In this document: piece by piece, positions 23,919 through 24,428 of the stretch
How the letters are laid out: every line of letters starts with the position of its first letter
How positions within the stretch are numbered: position 1 is the stretch's first letter
DNA from: a virus
Taxonomy: Duplodnaviria; Caudoviricetes
Virus record (IMG/VR): IMGVR_UViG_3300011335_000379
Coordinates: 1-24,428 of that record
Length of the DNA: 24,428 bases
Reading direction: 5' to 3' (one strand)
The notes under the pieces: generated by a model
What the model saw: the letters and a program-made list of their open reading frames with translations, nothing else
Told to the model about the DNA's origin: nothing
Databases searched by the model: none
Translations under genes and position numbers: made by a program

Positions 23919-24428
23919 ATGGCATATGTGATGACCTACGATAGTTTGTTAGTAGACCTACGCCGATATTTAGAGCGCGGGTTTACTGAGGCTAGTGACC
24001 AGATTGTTTACGATCAACTGCCGAGGCTAGTAACGCTCGGAGAGCGTAGGATTTCCCGCGAGTTAAAAATCCAAGGGTTTATCAGGGCAATCACCACGCC
24101 GTTGTCCATAGGCGTGGCGGTCTACCTCAAGCCTGACCGCTGGCGTGACACGGTGTCAATGACCGTGGATGGTATCCCCATTTATGCAAGATCCTACGAA
24201 TATCTTCGCAACTATTGGCCGTTCGAGGCGACAACCGGCAATCCGGCGTTCTACGCTGACTACGACTATCAACACTGGCTGATCACGCCGGCACCGGCTG
24301 CAGCCAAAACGCTAGAGATCCTGTACGACGAGCAGCCTCGGTGTCTTGGTGACGATTTCCAGACCAGTTGGGTCACAGAGTACATTCCAGATGTGCTTCT
24401 GTATGCCGCCTTGCTTGAGGCCTCGCCT
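23919..24428 (+). CDS. Second head-tail adaptor / tail tubular protein; 3' truncated, absent from ORF track
   Basis: Open frame MAYVMTYDSLLVDLRRYLERG...ERRISRELK...TGNPAFYADY...LITPAP...PDVLLYAALLEASP to the window end; RBS GAGG. Confidence 0.75.
   Translation, partial: MAYVMTYDSLLVDLRRYLERGFTEASDQIVYDQLPRLVTLGERRISRELKIQGFIRAITTPLSIGVAVYLKPDRWRDTVSMTVDGIPIYARSYEYLRNYWPFEATTGNPAFYADYDYQHWLITPAPAAAKTLEILYDEQPRCLGDDFQTSWVTEYIPDVLLYAALLEASP

Larger units (their letters stand above)
1..24428 (+). mobile_element. Tailed dsDNA bacteriophage (podovirus-like) packaging, head, tail and lysis region
   Basis: Co-oriented, tightly packed terminase, portal, capsid, tail-fibre, holin and endolysin genes; no host housekeeping genes, integrase or att site seen, so prophage versus free phage cannot be decided. 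Confidence 0.97.

Noticed and set aside
1-24428. tRNA, rRNA, integrase/att, intron or intein, stop-codon reassignment
   Set aside because: None seen. Intergenic gaps are short, terL and MCP are of normal length and uninterrupted, and genes read through under the standard code.

Overview
This window is a contiguous, almost fully coding, all plus-strand stretch of a tailed dsDNA phage genome. The organisation is podovirus-like: no sheath, tape-measure or prohead-protease gene is visible. The host is probably a Gram-negative proteobacterium (inference). Gene order: end of a replication-type gene; AT-rich origin-like region with nested inverted repeats and two IHF-consensus sites; Holliday-junction-resolvase-like nuclease; terS; terL; JAB/MPN-motif protein; portal; GroES-like co-chaperonin; scaffold; head genes and a Mu gpT-like major capsid protein; structured RNA; adaptor and tail-fibre genes; lysis cassette; small basic proteins; second adaptor (truncated). 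The most striking element lies inside the tail module. A sulfotransferase-TPR-glycosyltransferase fusion is sandwiched between two 7-bladed RCC1-repeat proteins whose 14 blades all carry N-x-T-x-Y-S-S-P. Nearby is a compact APS-kinase/HIGH-nucleotidyltransferase fusion that could act as a mini PAPS synthase. Together these suggest a self-contained system for sulfating and glycosylating virion proteins. All product calls come from motif recognition by eye; no database searches were run.
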